A DNA stretch of 41,312 nucleotides from Myxococcota bacterium (GCA_040260805.1 JBDQPD010000020.1:1-41312), one strand, 5' to 3'; positions 17,007 through 26,746 are shown, numbered from the stretch's first letter. The notes: a model not told the origin generated them from the letters alone. Program-made: numbers and translations.

Positions 17007-19247
17007 TCAGCGCTTCGCTAGATCCAAACCACCCGGGAACGCATAGCTCACGTAATCATCGTAGGCGTAAGCCATGATGCCGAAGCGGTCGAGCGTCATC
17101 GACTCGATGCTGTGGGCGCCTGCGCCGACCCCAACGATCGTCAATGCCCAGCGGTTTTCACGCCCGATCGGCTCACTATCCACCTCGATGTAAGGGGTCC
17201 GCCCACGGGTTCCCATGCTGCCAGGCGTGACAGCGATGCCATCAAGCTCAAGCAAAGCCCCTACAGGGTGAATTATGCTCACATAGTTGGCGTAATAAGT
17301 GTCCGGTGTCAGGAAGGTGTATTGGCTGCGATACTGCTCGCTTGGGGGCACCGCGCTCATCGCAGGATCACCGGCATGGCGTCCTTCGCCACGCAATCCG
17401 GTGGTGTCTTGGCTGGTGATAAACTGGACCATCTGCACTGGGCTATCGCTGCGCAGTACGAAGTTCTGGCGAGTGCCGAACTCACACCAACCTTTCGCTC
17501 CAAGCTCAACGTTATCGCCCTGCATCATCGAGCGACAGTCCGGCAAACCTCGGGCGATTGCGCCATGAGAAGCTAAGCCGCTCAACGGCGGGTCAAAGCG
17601 CAGACGGGCTCCTTGGTCAGCCGCCACCACTCGATAGTAATTCACCTCAGAGCTGTTGCTGCTGCGATAATGCGTGTGCGTACCGATGTACTCGTTGCGC
17701 CAAGTCTCCACGGGCAGAATCGAGGTCTCAACATGATCGCAAGCCGGGCTTCCGTGGGGCATCTCTGTGCACAGATGACCACCAAACACAGCGACCTCGG
17801 CGCTCGCTCGAATACCCACACCCGTTAAGTCGGACTGGATCGGTGTCGTGTTTGCCGACAAGATGGTCAGCACCTGATACGGCGCTAAGCTGGTCCTGAG
17901 CATCCCTCCATCAAGCGACACACCAGCGACCGGCATAATCTGCCGGTTACCGATTTCGACCTCGACCTCGGCGGTCTGATCTGAGGCGACCACCGTCAAG
18001 AACGAGGGCGACTCAGCAGGACGCCCCTGCATGACATTCAAGTAGGGCAACGAGACCCCAACATAAGAGCGGCCTTGAGAGCCCGCCGGGAAAAGAATCG
18101 AAGCGTCGTTCGAGTAGCTGTGACTGCAGCACAGAGGAGAGAACTGATAAGCCGTCAACGGGGCGCTAGCGACCACCTTGTACGCCCGGTCCGCCACTTC
18201 ACTTTGATACGTCACGGTCCCGCCTCGGACGTTTAATCCTGCGGTGTTATCAGGCAGAATAAACACACCCATTCCGCCTGCGGGCAGTGCGACACCATCC
18301 ACTGGACCATTGATCGTGCGCCGAGTCCCTGCGCTGTCTTCAACGTACGAATTGACGACCGTTGCGCCCATGCGCTCACCGGTCAACGTGTTGATCCCAC
18401 TCGCGCCTGGGACCCGGACGTTGCTCTCGGCAGAGACCACTCGGTCACCAGCGCCTGTGATTCGGACGGTCACTTCAAAGTCGTGCGGATTGGCTAGGCT
18501 GACGGCATACGGATCGGTGTAAATATTGCCGCTCTGGGTTTGCGGTAAATCCACAGCGAAGAAGACGCAGCCATCGTAGCTTTGCCGGCTCCGCGCCTGC
18601 GTGCACAGATCAGAGCAAGACCCCCCTGAACATGCGGTTCCGTCCGGGCAGGTCTCGGTCGCCTCCATCGCCGTGCCGTCTTCGTTGCACATACCGATGG
18701 TGCGATCATCGACACAGCCCGTCGACCCAGGTATACATTCCATCGCCTGGCAGTCTCCGCCGTTGATGCAGACCTGACCTCGACGACATGCAGCGTTTTG
18801 CCACTCCGATCCATCGTCGGCGCAACGCTCACGCTGAGGCCAGCGCTCGCCCTCAATCTCCGCACAGCGGTAGGTTCCCGGATCACAGTTCGCCGAGCCG
18901 CATTGCCCACCCGTGGTGCAGACCGTGCCCTCAGGGCAAGGGTCGGGCTCCCAAGTGGCTTCGTCATCAGCACAAACCTGCCGGCGGCCCGTCGAGCAGC
19001 GCTGTCTCCCTGGCGTGCAGGCTCCACCGTCCTCGCAAGCCCCGTCATTGCAGACCTGACCTTCATCACAGCGCCGGTCGGTTTGCCAAGCGGCGTCCAC
19101 GCAGACCTGGATCAAATCCATCCCGCGGCATTTGATAGCACCCTCTTCACAAGGCCCCGAGTTGCCGCCACCCGAACCACCGGTTCCGCTGGGAGGGTTC
19201 GAGCAGCCCAAGGCAAGCGCAAAACATGCGATCATCAAACGAGACAT
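17007..19247 (-). CDS. Lipoprotein with four Cys-rich repeats and an IgGFc-binding-protein N-terminal-like domain (paralog A)
   Basis: Lipobox FALALGC after ATG 19247 (GGAGG RBS); SYDGCVFFAVDLP, AYQFSPL..SYSNDASIL, DLTG..I.AS..VAVFGGH.C, CDHVE, GDPAM..VPP..QY, SYAFPGG. Confidence 0.8.
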   Translation of the reverse strand: MSRLMIACFALALGCSNPPSGTGGSGGGNSGPCEEGAIKCRGMDLIQVCVDAAWQTDRRCDEGQVCNDGACEDGGACTPGRQRCSTGRRQVCADDEATWEPDPCPEGTVCTTGGQCGSANCDPGTYRCAEIEGERWPQRERCADDGSEWQNAACRRGQVCINGGDCQAMECIPGSTGCVDDRTIGMCNEDGTAMEATETCPDGTACSGGSCSDLCTQARSRQSYDGCVFFAVDLPQTQSGNIYTDPYAVSLANPHDFEVTVRITGAGDRVVSAESNVRVPGASGINTLTGERMGATVVNSYVEDSAGTRRTINGPVDGVALPAGGMGVFILPDNTAGLNVRGGTVTYQSEVADRAYKVVASAPLTAYQFSPLCCSHSYSNDASILFPAGSQGRSYVGVSLPYLNVMQGRPAESPSFLTVVASDQTAEVEVEIGNRQIMPVAGVSLDGGMLRTSLAPYQVLTILSANTTPIQSDLTGVGIRASAEVAVFGGHLCTEMPHGSPACDHVETSILPVETWRNEYIGTHTHYRSSNSSEVNYYRVVAADQGARLRFDPPLSGLASHGAIARGLPDCRSMMQGDNVELGAKGWCEFGTRQNFVLRSDSPVQMVQFITSQDTTGLRGEGRHAGDPAMSAVPPSEQYRSQYTFLTPDTYYANYVSIIHPVGALLELDGIAVTPGSMGTRGRTPYIEVDSEPIGRENRWALTIVGVGAGAHSIESMTLDRFGIMAYAYDDYVSYAFPGGLDLAKR
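18615..19151 (-). repeat. Four tandem ~40-aa six-cysteine repeats in paralog A
   Basis: CEEGAIKC..GAC / CTPGRQRC..GQC / CDPGTYRC..GDC / CIPGSTGC..GSC; consensus C-x-PG-x3-C-x(7-13)-C-x-DDG-x2-W-x4-C-x2-G-x2-C-x(4-5)-C. Confidence 0.85.
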
Positions 19248-19328
19248 GTGAATCCTCCAGCCTGGCGGGTCAGTATGCACCAGTCTTCAGGCGCAGCGCA
19301 ACGCCTACCCGCAGGCAGACTGCTTGAT

Positions 19329-21512
19329 CTAACGCTTCTCGAGATTCATTCCACCCGGATAAGCGTAGCTCACGTAGTCGTCATAAGCATAGACCATCAG
19401 ACCGAAGGTATCACCCGTCATGCTTAAAATCTGGTGATTACCAGCGCTAACCTTGATGGTGCTCAAGCGCCAAGCATCGCCCCGACCGATCGGCTGATCA
19501 TCCACCACCAGCTCCGGTAATTGGCCGCTGCCCATACCTGCCGGGCCCATGGTGATTCCATCGAGCTCAATAATAGCGCCCGGCGGATGCACCACATTCA
19601 CATACTGAACAAAGTAGCTCTGCGGCGTGAGAAAGGTGTACTCTGCTCGGTATTGATCCGTGGGCGGAACCGTCGTCATCGCAGGGTCACCCGCATGATC
19701 TGGTCCCTGCCCAAACAACCCACCGCTCTCGGTGCTCGACTGTCCACTGATCATCTGGATCATCTGAAACGGGCGGTTTGCGCGAACGACAAAGTCGATC
19801 TGGCTTCCAAAGCCGCACCACTGCCCCGCATCAAGGTTCAACGCATCGCCTTGCAGCAAATCGGCGCAAGCCGGCATACCGCGCTTGATTGAGCCTCCCG
19901 TCGCAACCGTTCCAAAATCGTTCTCAAAGAAGATCTGCGTCCCATCCTCAGCCGCGATCAGGCGATAGTAATTCATCTCATTGGGCGAGGTAGAGCGTCT
20001 AAAGGTGTGTGCGCCGACCGCCTCATTACGCCAAGTTTCCACCGCCATGACGGAGGTCTCTAGATGATCGCACGCGCTCGTACCGTCTGGGATTTGAGTG
20101 CACACGTGACCGCCAAACAGTCCGACCTCAGCGCTCGAGTCAATGCGGACCCCCGTGAGATCGGAAGCGACGCCGCCGCCTTCACCGTTGGTGAGCAAGG
20201 TCAGGACCTCATAGGGTGCCAGACTGACCGAAAGCTGGCCGTTATTGAGCGCCATGCCTTCGGGTAAAGCGACGTTCCTTCCGGCAAGGTTCACCGTCAC
20301 CTCAGCGGGGTTTTCACTGCCTACAATCGACAAGAAGCCTGGGCGAGCGTTGTGCGGCGCTGAGACTCCAAAGAACTGACGCCCCTGAGACCCGACCGGG
20401 ATCAAGATGCTCGCATCGTTGGTGTAGCTGATGTTGCAGCACAAGGGCTGGAACTGGTACGCGGTGACCGGAAGGTCGGTGCGGACTTTGTAGGCGCGCA
20501 TAGCCTTCTCAGAGACATAGCTCACGGTCCCGCCGTTGACGCGTGTACCGGCTGAGTTGCTCGGCAAAATGAAGGTCCCTACACCCTGCGGCGGAACGAC
20601 GATTCGATCAAAGGCGCCGCTGACTCGCTGCGCTTCACCGGCGAGGTTTCGAACCTCAGAATAGACCATGGTACCGCCCACGTCTTGGGATGCGATCAAG
20701 TCGAAGGTCTCGTCACCTTGGCGCGTGCCGCTGACGTGAACTGCTTCGTTGTGAGGGTTCGCGATCACCACCGCATAAGGGTGCTCATCCTGCCGCCGGC
20801 TGGCTTCACCGATCTGCGGCAAATCGACCGCGAAGAACTCACAGCCGTCGTAGCTCTGCCGAGCGCGCGCCTCATCACATGCTGCCACGCATCGACCCGA
20901 GCCAGTGCAACGGTGAGCAGGCGGACAGGGCTCACCATTCACCCAGGTCATCCCGTCATCCGAACACACGGCTGGAGTGCGCTCATCCGAGCAGCCACGG
21001 TTACGCGGCTGACAGCGCATACGCTGACACTGTCCATCGTCTACGCAACGCTCACCTCTCCGGCACGCATCAGCTAACCAGCTCAGCCCCTCGCCATCAC
21101 AGCGTTGGCGAACCGGATCGGCGCCCTCACCGGGGTCGGCGCAGCGTCGTTGATCGGGCTCACAAATCTGATCGGCGCAGACACCGTCTTCAAGACAAGC
21201 ACTTCCATCGGGGCAGCGGTCCAAAGCCCACTCGCCCTGGTCATTGCAGAGCTCACGCCTGCCGGTCAGGTCGCAGCGAACCGAACCAGGCGTACACACG
21301 TTGCTTTGGTCCTCGCACAGGCCACTCAGACAGACGAAATCGGCGGGGCAAGCCTCAGCCGTCCAGCTGGCGTCGGCGCAGGTCTCGACCGAGCCGTCGG
21401 CGGCGCATCGCGTCGCGCCATTTGTACAGGGACCACGTTCGCCTGGATCGCCCGAGGTCGGTGGATCAGTGCAAGCCCCAGCTAAAACCAAAACCAACGA
21501 TAGCCAGCGCAT
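19329..21512 (-). CDS. Lipoprotein with four Cys-rich repeats and an IgGFc-binding-protein N-terminal-like domain (paralog B)
   Basis: Lipobox LVLAGAC after ATG 21512 (GGAGG RBS); same motif series as paralog A, ending AYDDYVSYAYPGGMNLEKR. Confidence 0.8.
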   Translation of the reverse strand: MRWLSLVLVLAGACTDPPTSGDPGERGPCTNGATRCAADGSVETCADASWTAEACPADFVCLSGLCEDQSNVCTPGSVRCDLTGRRELCNDQGEWALDRCPDGSACLEDGVCADQICEPDQRRCADPGEGADPVRQRCDGEGLSWLADACRRGERCVDDGQCQRMRCQPRNRGCSDERTPAVCSDDGMTWVNGEPCPPAHRCTGSGRCVAACDEARARQSYDGCEFFAVDLPQIGEASRRQDEHPYAVVIANPHNEAVHVSGTRQGDETFDLIASQDVGGTMVYSEVRNLAGEAQRVSGAFDRIVVPPQGVGTFILPSNSAGTRVNGGTVSYVSEKAMRAYKVRTDLPVTAYQFQPLCCNISYTNDASILIPVGSQGRQFFGVSAPHNARPGFLSIVGSENPAEVTVNLAGRNVALPEGMALNNGQLSVSLAPYEVLTLLTNGEGGGVASDLTGVRIDSSAEVGLFGGHVCTQIPDGTSACDHLETSVMAVETWRNEAVGAHTFRRSTSPNEMNYYRLIAAEDGTQIFFENDFGTVATGGSIKRGMPACADLLQGDALNLDAGQWCGFGSQIDFVVRANRPFQMIQMISGQSSTESGGLFGQGPDHAGDPAMTTVPPTDQYRAEYTFLTPQSYFVQYVNVVHPPGAIIELDGITMGPAGMGSGQLPELVVDDQPIGRGDAWRLSTIKVSAGNHQILSMTGDTFGLMVYAYDDYVSYAYPGGMNLEKR
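20889..21428 (-). repeat. Four tandem ~40-aa six-cysteine repeats in paralog B
   Basis: CTNGATRC..GLC / CTPGSVRC..GVC / CEPDQRRC..GQC / CQPRNRGC..GRC. Confidence 0.85.
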
Positions 21513-21580
21513 ATGCGATCCTCCGAGTAAGGTGGGCTCTATACGCGCAACGTCGAAGGCTTGACGATCGGTCAAACGGG

Positions 21581-23653
21581 CTATTCGGCGTCCTCAGGCG
21601 ACTCGAGCGCAGCGTCTGCTGCAGAGCGCAGCGCTTTGACGTCACGCTCAAGGGCATCGATCCGAGCCTTCAACTGCTCAATCTCTGCTGATGCCGACGC
21701 TGCAGACTCAGCGACCACGCCCTCTTCGGCGCCGTCCTCATCATCTAAATCGAAGTCCTCATCGTCTTTATCATCGTCTTCATCGTCATCGATACCCGCA
21801 GCTGCCATCAGGTCAGCCATGGTCGATTCGGAGGTGACTCCACTGGGCGCAGCAGCGTCACCATCAGCGCCAGCTTTTTGAACAAGCTCTGGCGGATCAT
21901 CCGTCAACCAGCGCACCGGCGCTAAGCTGATCGCCGGCACATAGGTGACGAGCAACAAGCCGAGCAGCATCAAACGAGTAAAGGGGAAGGTCGATTTAAT
22001 CACATCGCCGACCGGGCGATTAAACAGCCCGGACGATACAAAGAGATTTAAGCCCATCGGCGGAGTCAGATAGCCGATCTCCAGGTTGACGATGAAAATG
22101 ATGCCCAAATGAACAGGATCAATGCCGAGCTTGATCGCCATCGGCGCCAGCAAAGGCGCGATGATCAAAATAGCGCTTAGGATGTCCATCAAGGCGCCAA
22201 CGCCGAGCAGGAACAAGTTGAGCAGCAGCAAGAAGCCGATCTTACCTAAGTTGAGTTCAACCAACCACTCGACCGCTCGATCCGGGATCTGGGCGTCGAC
22301 CAAATAAGCATTAAAGCCAAGCGCCATGCCGATGATGATGAGCAACGCGCCCATCATGACCACCGAATCCATCAGCGGGTCCATCATCTCGCGCCAGTTC
22401 ATGGAGCTGTAGATGAAGCGCTCAACCAGGACCGCGTACACCACCGCAACCGCAGCGGCTTCCGTGGCGTTGAATAAGCCTGAATAGATACCACCTAGGA
22501 TCACTACCGGCAGCAAGAGCGCCCAGAGCCCTTCCAAGGTCACGTGTCCGAGCTCTTTCCAATCAATCGGCACCAAGGCTAGCACAATGGCGCCGATCAA
22601 GGCGACGCCACCGAGCATGATCGGCAAGGCAAGCCCCGCCGTTCCGCCGACCACCAAGACCAGCGCCGCAGCGATCAAGCCACCGCCGATCGCCATCATC
22701 CCGCGGCGAACCTCAGGCGCTAAGCCATGCTGGCTCCGCAGACCCTCTTTGATCCCATAGAGCGAGAGCAAGCCACCGATCAGGAAGCCCGGGCCGACAC
22801 CGGCAATGAATAGATCTCGTGGGTCAACCGCAGCGCTGCCGCTGACCATGATCGAGTAAACGATCATCGGGATCGACGGTGGGATCAAAATGCCTAGGCT
22901 ACCCGCTGAGGTCACCAGCCCTAAGCTGAACGGCTCGCGATACCCACTCTTGACCAGCGCTGGATACATCATGGAGCCAATTGCGATCACCGTCACCGGC
23001 GACGAGCCGCTGATGGCGGCGAAGAAGATGCACGCACCGACCGTCGCAATCGCCAAGCCGCCGGGCATCCACCCGACGAGCGCTTTGGCGAGCTCGATCA
23101 GCCGCTGAGCGATCACGCCGCCGGTCATGATCGCACCTGAGATCACAAAGAACGGAATGGCGAGCAGGACCTCTTTGTCCGTCAGCGCCGTGATGTGGCG
23201 AATCAGCTCGGTAAAGTCGGTCATCGTCTGATAGGATTTATCCCCCTCAGACAGGTAGGTAAGACACCCCACGGTCACCACACCGATGATCGCGAAGAGT
23301 GGCAAGCCCAGCAAAACGCCGGTCAGCGCCGCCCCCAGAACCACAAAGACACCGGGGTCTAAACTCAAGAACATCCACAGGCTCAAGAGCGCAACAATGA
23401 CGGCTGCGGCTGGCTTCCTCGAGAAGGCTAACGCGGTCACAATCAAGAGCGTTAACTCGACGTTCGCTGCCATCGTCCCTGCGACGCCGCGCCCCTCCGC
23501 GATACCGTACAGGTTAGCGATCAATAGAACCGCAACACCGATCCCGATCGCGGCAGGAGAAGCTTTGGAGGGGGCGTCCTCAACGGGAACCTGAGGTCCG
23601 CCGATGTATCCGCTCATGTCCCAGCTGCGTTTGGCTTTAGCGAGGAAGCTCAT
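21581..23653 (-). CDS. dctM: TRAP transporter large permease (DctM/TatM) with N-terminal extension and acidic C-terminal tail
   Basis: LLAIPFFVISG, FFAAISGSSP, GSLGILIPPSIPMIVY, GGIYSGLFNATEAAA, GIDPVHLG, EIGYLTPPMGLNLFV. Confidence 0.93.
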   Translation of the reverse strand: MSFLAKAKRSWDMSGYIGGPQVPVEDAPSKASPAAIGIGVAVLLIANLYGIAEGRGVAGTMAANVELTLLIVTALAFSRKPAAAVIVALLSLWMFLSLDPGVFVVLGAALTGVLLGLPLFAIIGVVTVGCLTYLSEGDKSYQTMTDFTELIRHITALTDKEVLLAIPFFVISGAIMTGGVIAQRLIELAKALVGWMPGGLAIATVGACIFFAAISGSSPVTVIAIGSMMYPALVKSGYREPFSLGLVTSAGSLGILIPPSIPMIVYSIMVSGSAAVDPRDLFIAGVGPGFLIGGLLSLYGIKEGLRSQHGLAPEVRRGMMAIGGGLIAAALVLVVGGTAGLALPIMLGGVALIGAIVLALVPIDWKELGHVTLEGLWALLLPVVILGGIYSGLFNATEAAAVAVVYAVLVERFIYSSMNWREMMDPLMDSVVMMGALLIIIGMALGFNAYLVDAQIPDRAVEWLVELNLGKIGFLLLLNLFLLGVGALMDILSAILIIAPLLAPMAIKLGIDPVHLGIIFIVNLEIGYLTPPMGLNLFVSSGLFNRPVGDVIKSTFPFTRLMLLGLLLVTYVPAISLAPVRWLTDDPPELVQKAGADGDAAAPSGVTSESTMADLMAAAGIDDDEDDDKDDEDFDLDDEDGAEEGVVAESAASASAEIEQLKARIDALERDVKALRSAADAALESPEDAE

Positions 23654-24711
23654 GATTTAGCCCCCTCTTCCGACCGCGACTCGATCGAAGCGAGCGCCTC
23701 ATCGAGCGCCTTTTGGTCAAGCTTCACGCCCGAGTTGGCGATCGCTGCGTTCTCATCCTCTTCCGGCGGACCGTACCAAAGATCATCGCAAGCGTGCCCT
23801 GCGAGCCTCAGCGCAGCGACCGCGAGCCCGACCGGAATGGCGAGGCGAACGGTCCAGTACGGCACCGGCACCGACTCATAGACTTTGAGCGCGTGATCAC
23901 TCGCCCAGAGCGAATAATCGCTCCAGACCTGCATGGCACCCAGCGACGCCAAGAACCCACAAAAGACGGCGCCAAAGCCTAAACCAAGGAAGGCAAAGAG
24001 CGGCTGCAGGCGGTCGGGAACCGCTTTGCGCACCGCATCCACGCTGAGGTGCTTGCGATCCGCAGCGGCGATGGCGGCGCCAAAGAACGCAAGATACAAA
24101 AGGGCGCCCAAGCTCATGGTCAACGCGCCGGGTATGTTGGTCGGAAGCAGCGCCACAAAGGCTCGACACCCGACATAAAAGACCGCCGCAAAGACAAACC
24201 CCAACCCCAGGCGCGGTCCAAACGCGAGACGAGCCCGCAAGGCTCTCTCGGTCGCCATCACCATCAAAATAGTCAGGAACACCCACAACAAGATCGCTTT
24301 GACCTGTGCGCTCTCATTACCCGGTGACGGGTCAACGACCACACCGAGCCAGTTAACCCCGGTGTCCCCGATGCGACCGTTAAAGTTCCGATGCAACACC
24401 GACAAGAAGGTCAGCGAGGTCATCGCAATCGCCGATAAGACGACGACGCCTCGCTCGATCTGCCGCCAAGGCTTATCCAGACGTGCGAAGAGCTTTCGAA
24501 CATCGACAAAGGTCAGCGCTATGCCGCGAAATACAACCTCAATCGCCTTTTTCGGCACCAGCAAGAAGCCCAGCACTAAGACCAGTAAAAGCAGCCACTG
24601 CGAGCCGGTCAGAAGTTTGGCGCGCAAGGTATCCGCTGCCGGCTCCCACCAGATGGCGGCACAGACAATAACCAGCAGCAGGAGACGGCCGACCGGCGCG
24701 AGCAAAATCAC
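23650..24711 (-). CDS. dctQ: TRAP transporter small permease (DctQ/TatQ), extended
   Basis: LAFFGAAIAAADRKHLSVDAV (DctQ GA..A....HI.VD motif), PYWTVRLAIPVG; sits between dctP and dctM with 4-nt overlaps. Confidence 0.85.
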   Translation of the reverse strand: MILLAPVGRLLLLVIVCAAIWWEPAADTLRAKLLTGSQWLLLLVLVLGFLLVPKKAIEVVFRGIALTFVDVRKLFARLDKPWRQIERGVVVLSAIAMTSLTFLSVLHRNFNGRIGDTGVNWLGVVVDPSPGNESAQVKAILLWVFLTILMVMATERALRARLAFGPRLGLGFVFAAVFYVGCRAFVALLPTNIPGALTMSLGALLYLAFFGAAIAAADRKHLSVDAVRKAVPDRLQPLFAFLGLGFGAVFCGFLASLGAMQVWSDYSLWASDHALKVYESVPVPYWTVRLAIPVGLAVAALRLAGHACDDLWYGPPEEDENAAIANSGVKLDQKALDEALASIESRSEEGAKS

Positions 24712-25724
24712 TTGCTGCGGTACTTCTTCAAGCCCTTCTCGATCATGTCGAGAAGCATGGCGCCATCTTTGCCGCCGAACTTACGAAACTTGTTGTGCAC
24801 AACCTTCGCCTGAGCTGCCATCTTCGCGATCTCAGCCTCGCTGGGCTTGTGCACCTTGATCTGGTTTGCCCCGAACTGTGCGAGCAAAGGCTCATTCATC
24901 GCTCGGATCCACTTACGGCTCAGCTTCGTCTCTTTGAGTCGGTGCTTGGGATCCGTGAGGATCGTCTGCAGCTTTTTCGGGAGCTTGTCGTACCACTTCT
25001 TGGAGGCGACCAAGAGCGCGGGCTGATAGATATGTCGAGTGACCGAATAGTGCTGAATCGCACGATACCAGTTGGTCGCAAAGGTGAAGAGCGGTGTGTT
25101 CGTGAAGCCATCAACCACCTTGTTTTGCAAGGCAGACAACACTTCCGGAACACCCATCTCGACGGGCGATGCGCCAAGCGCTTTGAACGTCTCTAGATGC
25201 ACTCGGCTCTGCTGAACTCTGAGCTTACGCCCCTTGAAGTCCGACGATTTAAGAATCGGGGAGCCCTGAGTGCCCATCCCGTGCCAACCGTTCTCGGTGA
25301 CCGAGAGCAGCACAAAGCCCGCTTTGTTAAGCATCTTCGACATCTGATCAAAGACCACTTCGTCAAGAATGTAGTCCGCTTCGGCGTCGCTACGAAACAA
25401 GAACGGAAGCTCAAACACGTTGAAGGCAGGAACCGCCGTAGCGATCGCCCCCATCGACACTCCAGTGGTCGCCAAGCGACCTAGACGACACTCTTCAACG
25501 GTCTCTTTTTCGCCGCCGAGGCGTCCGGAGAGGTAGAACTTGTACTTGACCTTCAATCCTTGCTGCTTGGCTTGCTTGACGATGCGCTTTGAGACCCTTT
25601 TGGTCCACTTAGCCCACGGCGTACCCGCCGGGGCAACCGATGCACCCTTGATGACAATGGTTCCATCGCCTGCGTAGGCGGTGGTTGCGATGGTCAAAGC
25701 CAGAAGTGGTAGAATACGAATCAT
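24708..25724 (-). CDS. dctP: TRAP transporter substrate-binding protein (DctP/TatP)
   Basis: Signal peptide; VAPAGTPW, GRLGGEKE, VFELPFLF, FKGRKLRV, ALGASPV..EVLSALQNKVVDG. Confidence 0.92.
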   Translation of the reverse strand: MIRILPLLALTIATTAYAGDGTIVIKGASVAPAGTPWAKWTKRVSKRIVKQAKQQGLKVKYKFYLSGRLGGEKETVEECRLGRLATTGVSMGAIATAVPAFNVFELPFLFRSDAEADYILDEVVFDQMSKMLNKAGFVLLSVTENGWHGMGTQGSPILKSSDFKGRKLRVQQSRVHLETFKALGASPVEMGVPEVLSALQNKVVDGFTNTPLFTFATNWYRAIQHYSVTRHIYQPALLVASKKWYDKLPKKLQTILTDPKHRLKETKLSRKWIRAMNEPLLAQFGANQIKVHKPSEAEIAKMAAQAKVVHNKFRKFGGKDGAMLLDMIEKGLKKYRSK

Positions 25725-25738
25725 CGTGCCTCCGGGTC

Positions 25739-26644
25739 TTAAAATAACTCGTCGGCCTTGGCGAGAATCCGCCGAGCCTTCTCTTTTTCTCGAACCAGCT
25801 CGGGTCCAAGGTCAGCGCCAGCCTCAGCGTTGTCCGCTTGCCAGGCCTTCACATCGAAATCGATGACCTCTTTGAGCAGCTTTGCGAACTCTTCCGAGTT
25901 GTCTTCTTTGACGCTTAGATTTTCTGCCCAGAGCACTTTCGTCGCCATGTTGAAGGGAGCTTTAGCGATCGCACGCTCAAAGTAACTGCGTGCTTTGACC
26001 AAGTCGCCGCCTGCAAAGCCCGGCGCGATCGAGTAAAAGGCCGCCCAGTAACGCAAAACGCCACCGTGGTAGTAATCACCGTTTGGATCGAGCGACTCGC
26101 AACGCTTCATGACCGACTCAATGGTGCCCTTCTTGCCCAGCACCACAGCGAACCCTTTGCCTTTAGCCCATTTACCTAAACTGCTGGCGAACCAGTAAGC
26201 TGCCGGAAGGCTCTCTTTTCCGATCACAGCGATCGACTTTTCGATGCTGCCATCGGTCTCTTTCATCTTCGCCTTGAACGCAGCGGAGCCGTAGTACAGC
26301 GCACGCTCAGCCGTCTTCATTCCCTTCTCAAACAAGGGGAACATCGAGGACCCGTCGCCATCAAAGCGGGCGAAGGAATCACCCATGAAGTAATAAGCGC
26401 GAGCCAGCTTGCTCAAGGTCTCGACATGCTCAGAGGCTGCGGTGACCTCTTCATAGGCAGCGATCGCCTTCTCGAGCTCAGCTCGGTCAAGACGGTTGTT
26501 CCAGTGCCCATCACCCTTGGCGATGGTGGCAGCCTGGGCAGCATCGTCGCCACCCGTTGCCTCGGTGTGACCTTTCAAGAAGGCGTGACCACCGCTGCAG
26601 GCGGTCAACGTGGCGAGACACAAAACACTAAAGATGCGGATCAT
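25739..26644 (-). CDS. TPR-like lipoprotein, TatT component of a TPAT-type TRAP system
   Basis: Lipobox LATLTAC; all-helical TPR-like sequence (LARAYYF, AYWFASSLGKWA, YYHGGVLRYWAAFYSIAPGFAGGDLVKARSYFERAI); immediately upstream of dctP. Confidence 0.75.
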   Translation of the reverse strand: MIRIFSVLCLATLTACSGGHAFLKGHTEATGGDDAAQAATIAKGDGHWNNRLDRAELEKAIAAYEEVTAASEHVETLSKLARAYYFMGDSFARFDGDGSSMFPLFEKGMKTAERALYYGSAAFKAKMKETDGSIEKSIAVIGKESLPAAYWFASSLGKWAKGKGFAVVLGKKGTIESVMKRCESLDPNGDYYHGGVLRYWAAFYSIAPGFAGGDLVKARSYFERAIAKAPFNMATKVLWAENLSVKEDNSEEFAKLLKEVIDFDVKAWQADNAEAGADLGPELVREKEKARRILAKADELF

Positions 26645-26746
26645 CGGCGCTCCAATGGGCGTATAGGTAACCCGCTACCGCTACTCAGCCAGGATAGCGG
26701 ACGTCAACGGTCAACTGCTCACAGACGGTACGATCGGCTCGCTTAT

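Noticed and set aside
18615..21428. Repeats as a possible CRISPR array or DNA tandem repeat
   Set aside because: The repetition is at protein level (Cys spacing) with divergent DNA; there are no identical direct repeats with spacers and no cas genes.
18494..21691. Alternative-frame and antisense ORFs over the Cys-rich lipoprotein genes (for example 18494-19069, 18798-19427, 20879-21691)
   Set aside because: Arg/Ala/Pro-rich translations with no motifs, fully overlapping well-supported genes.
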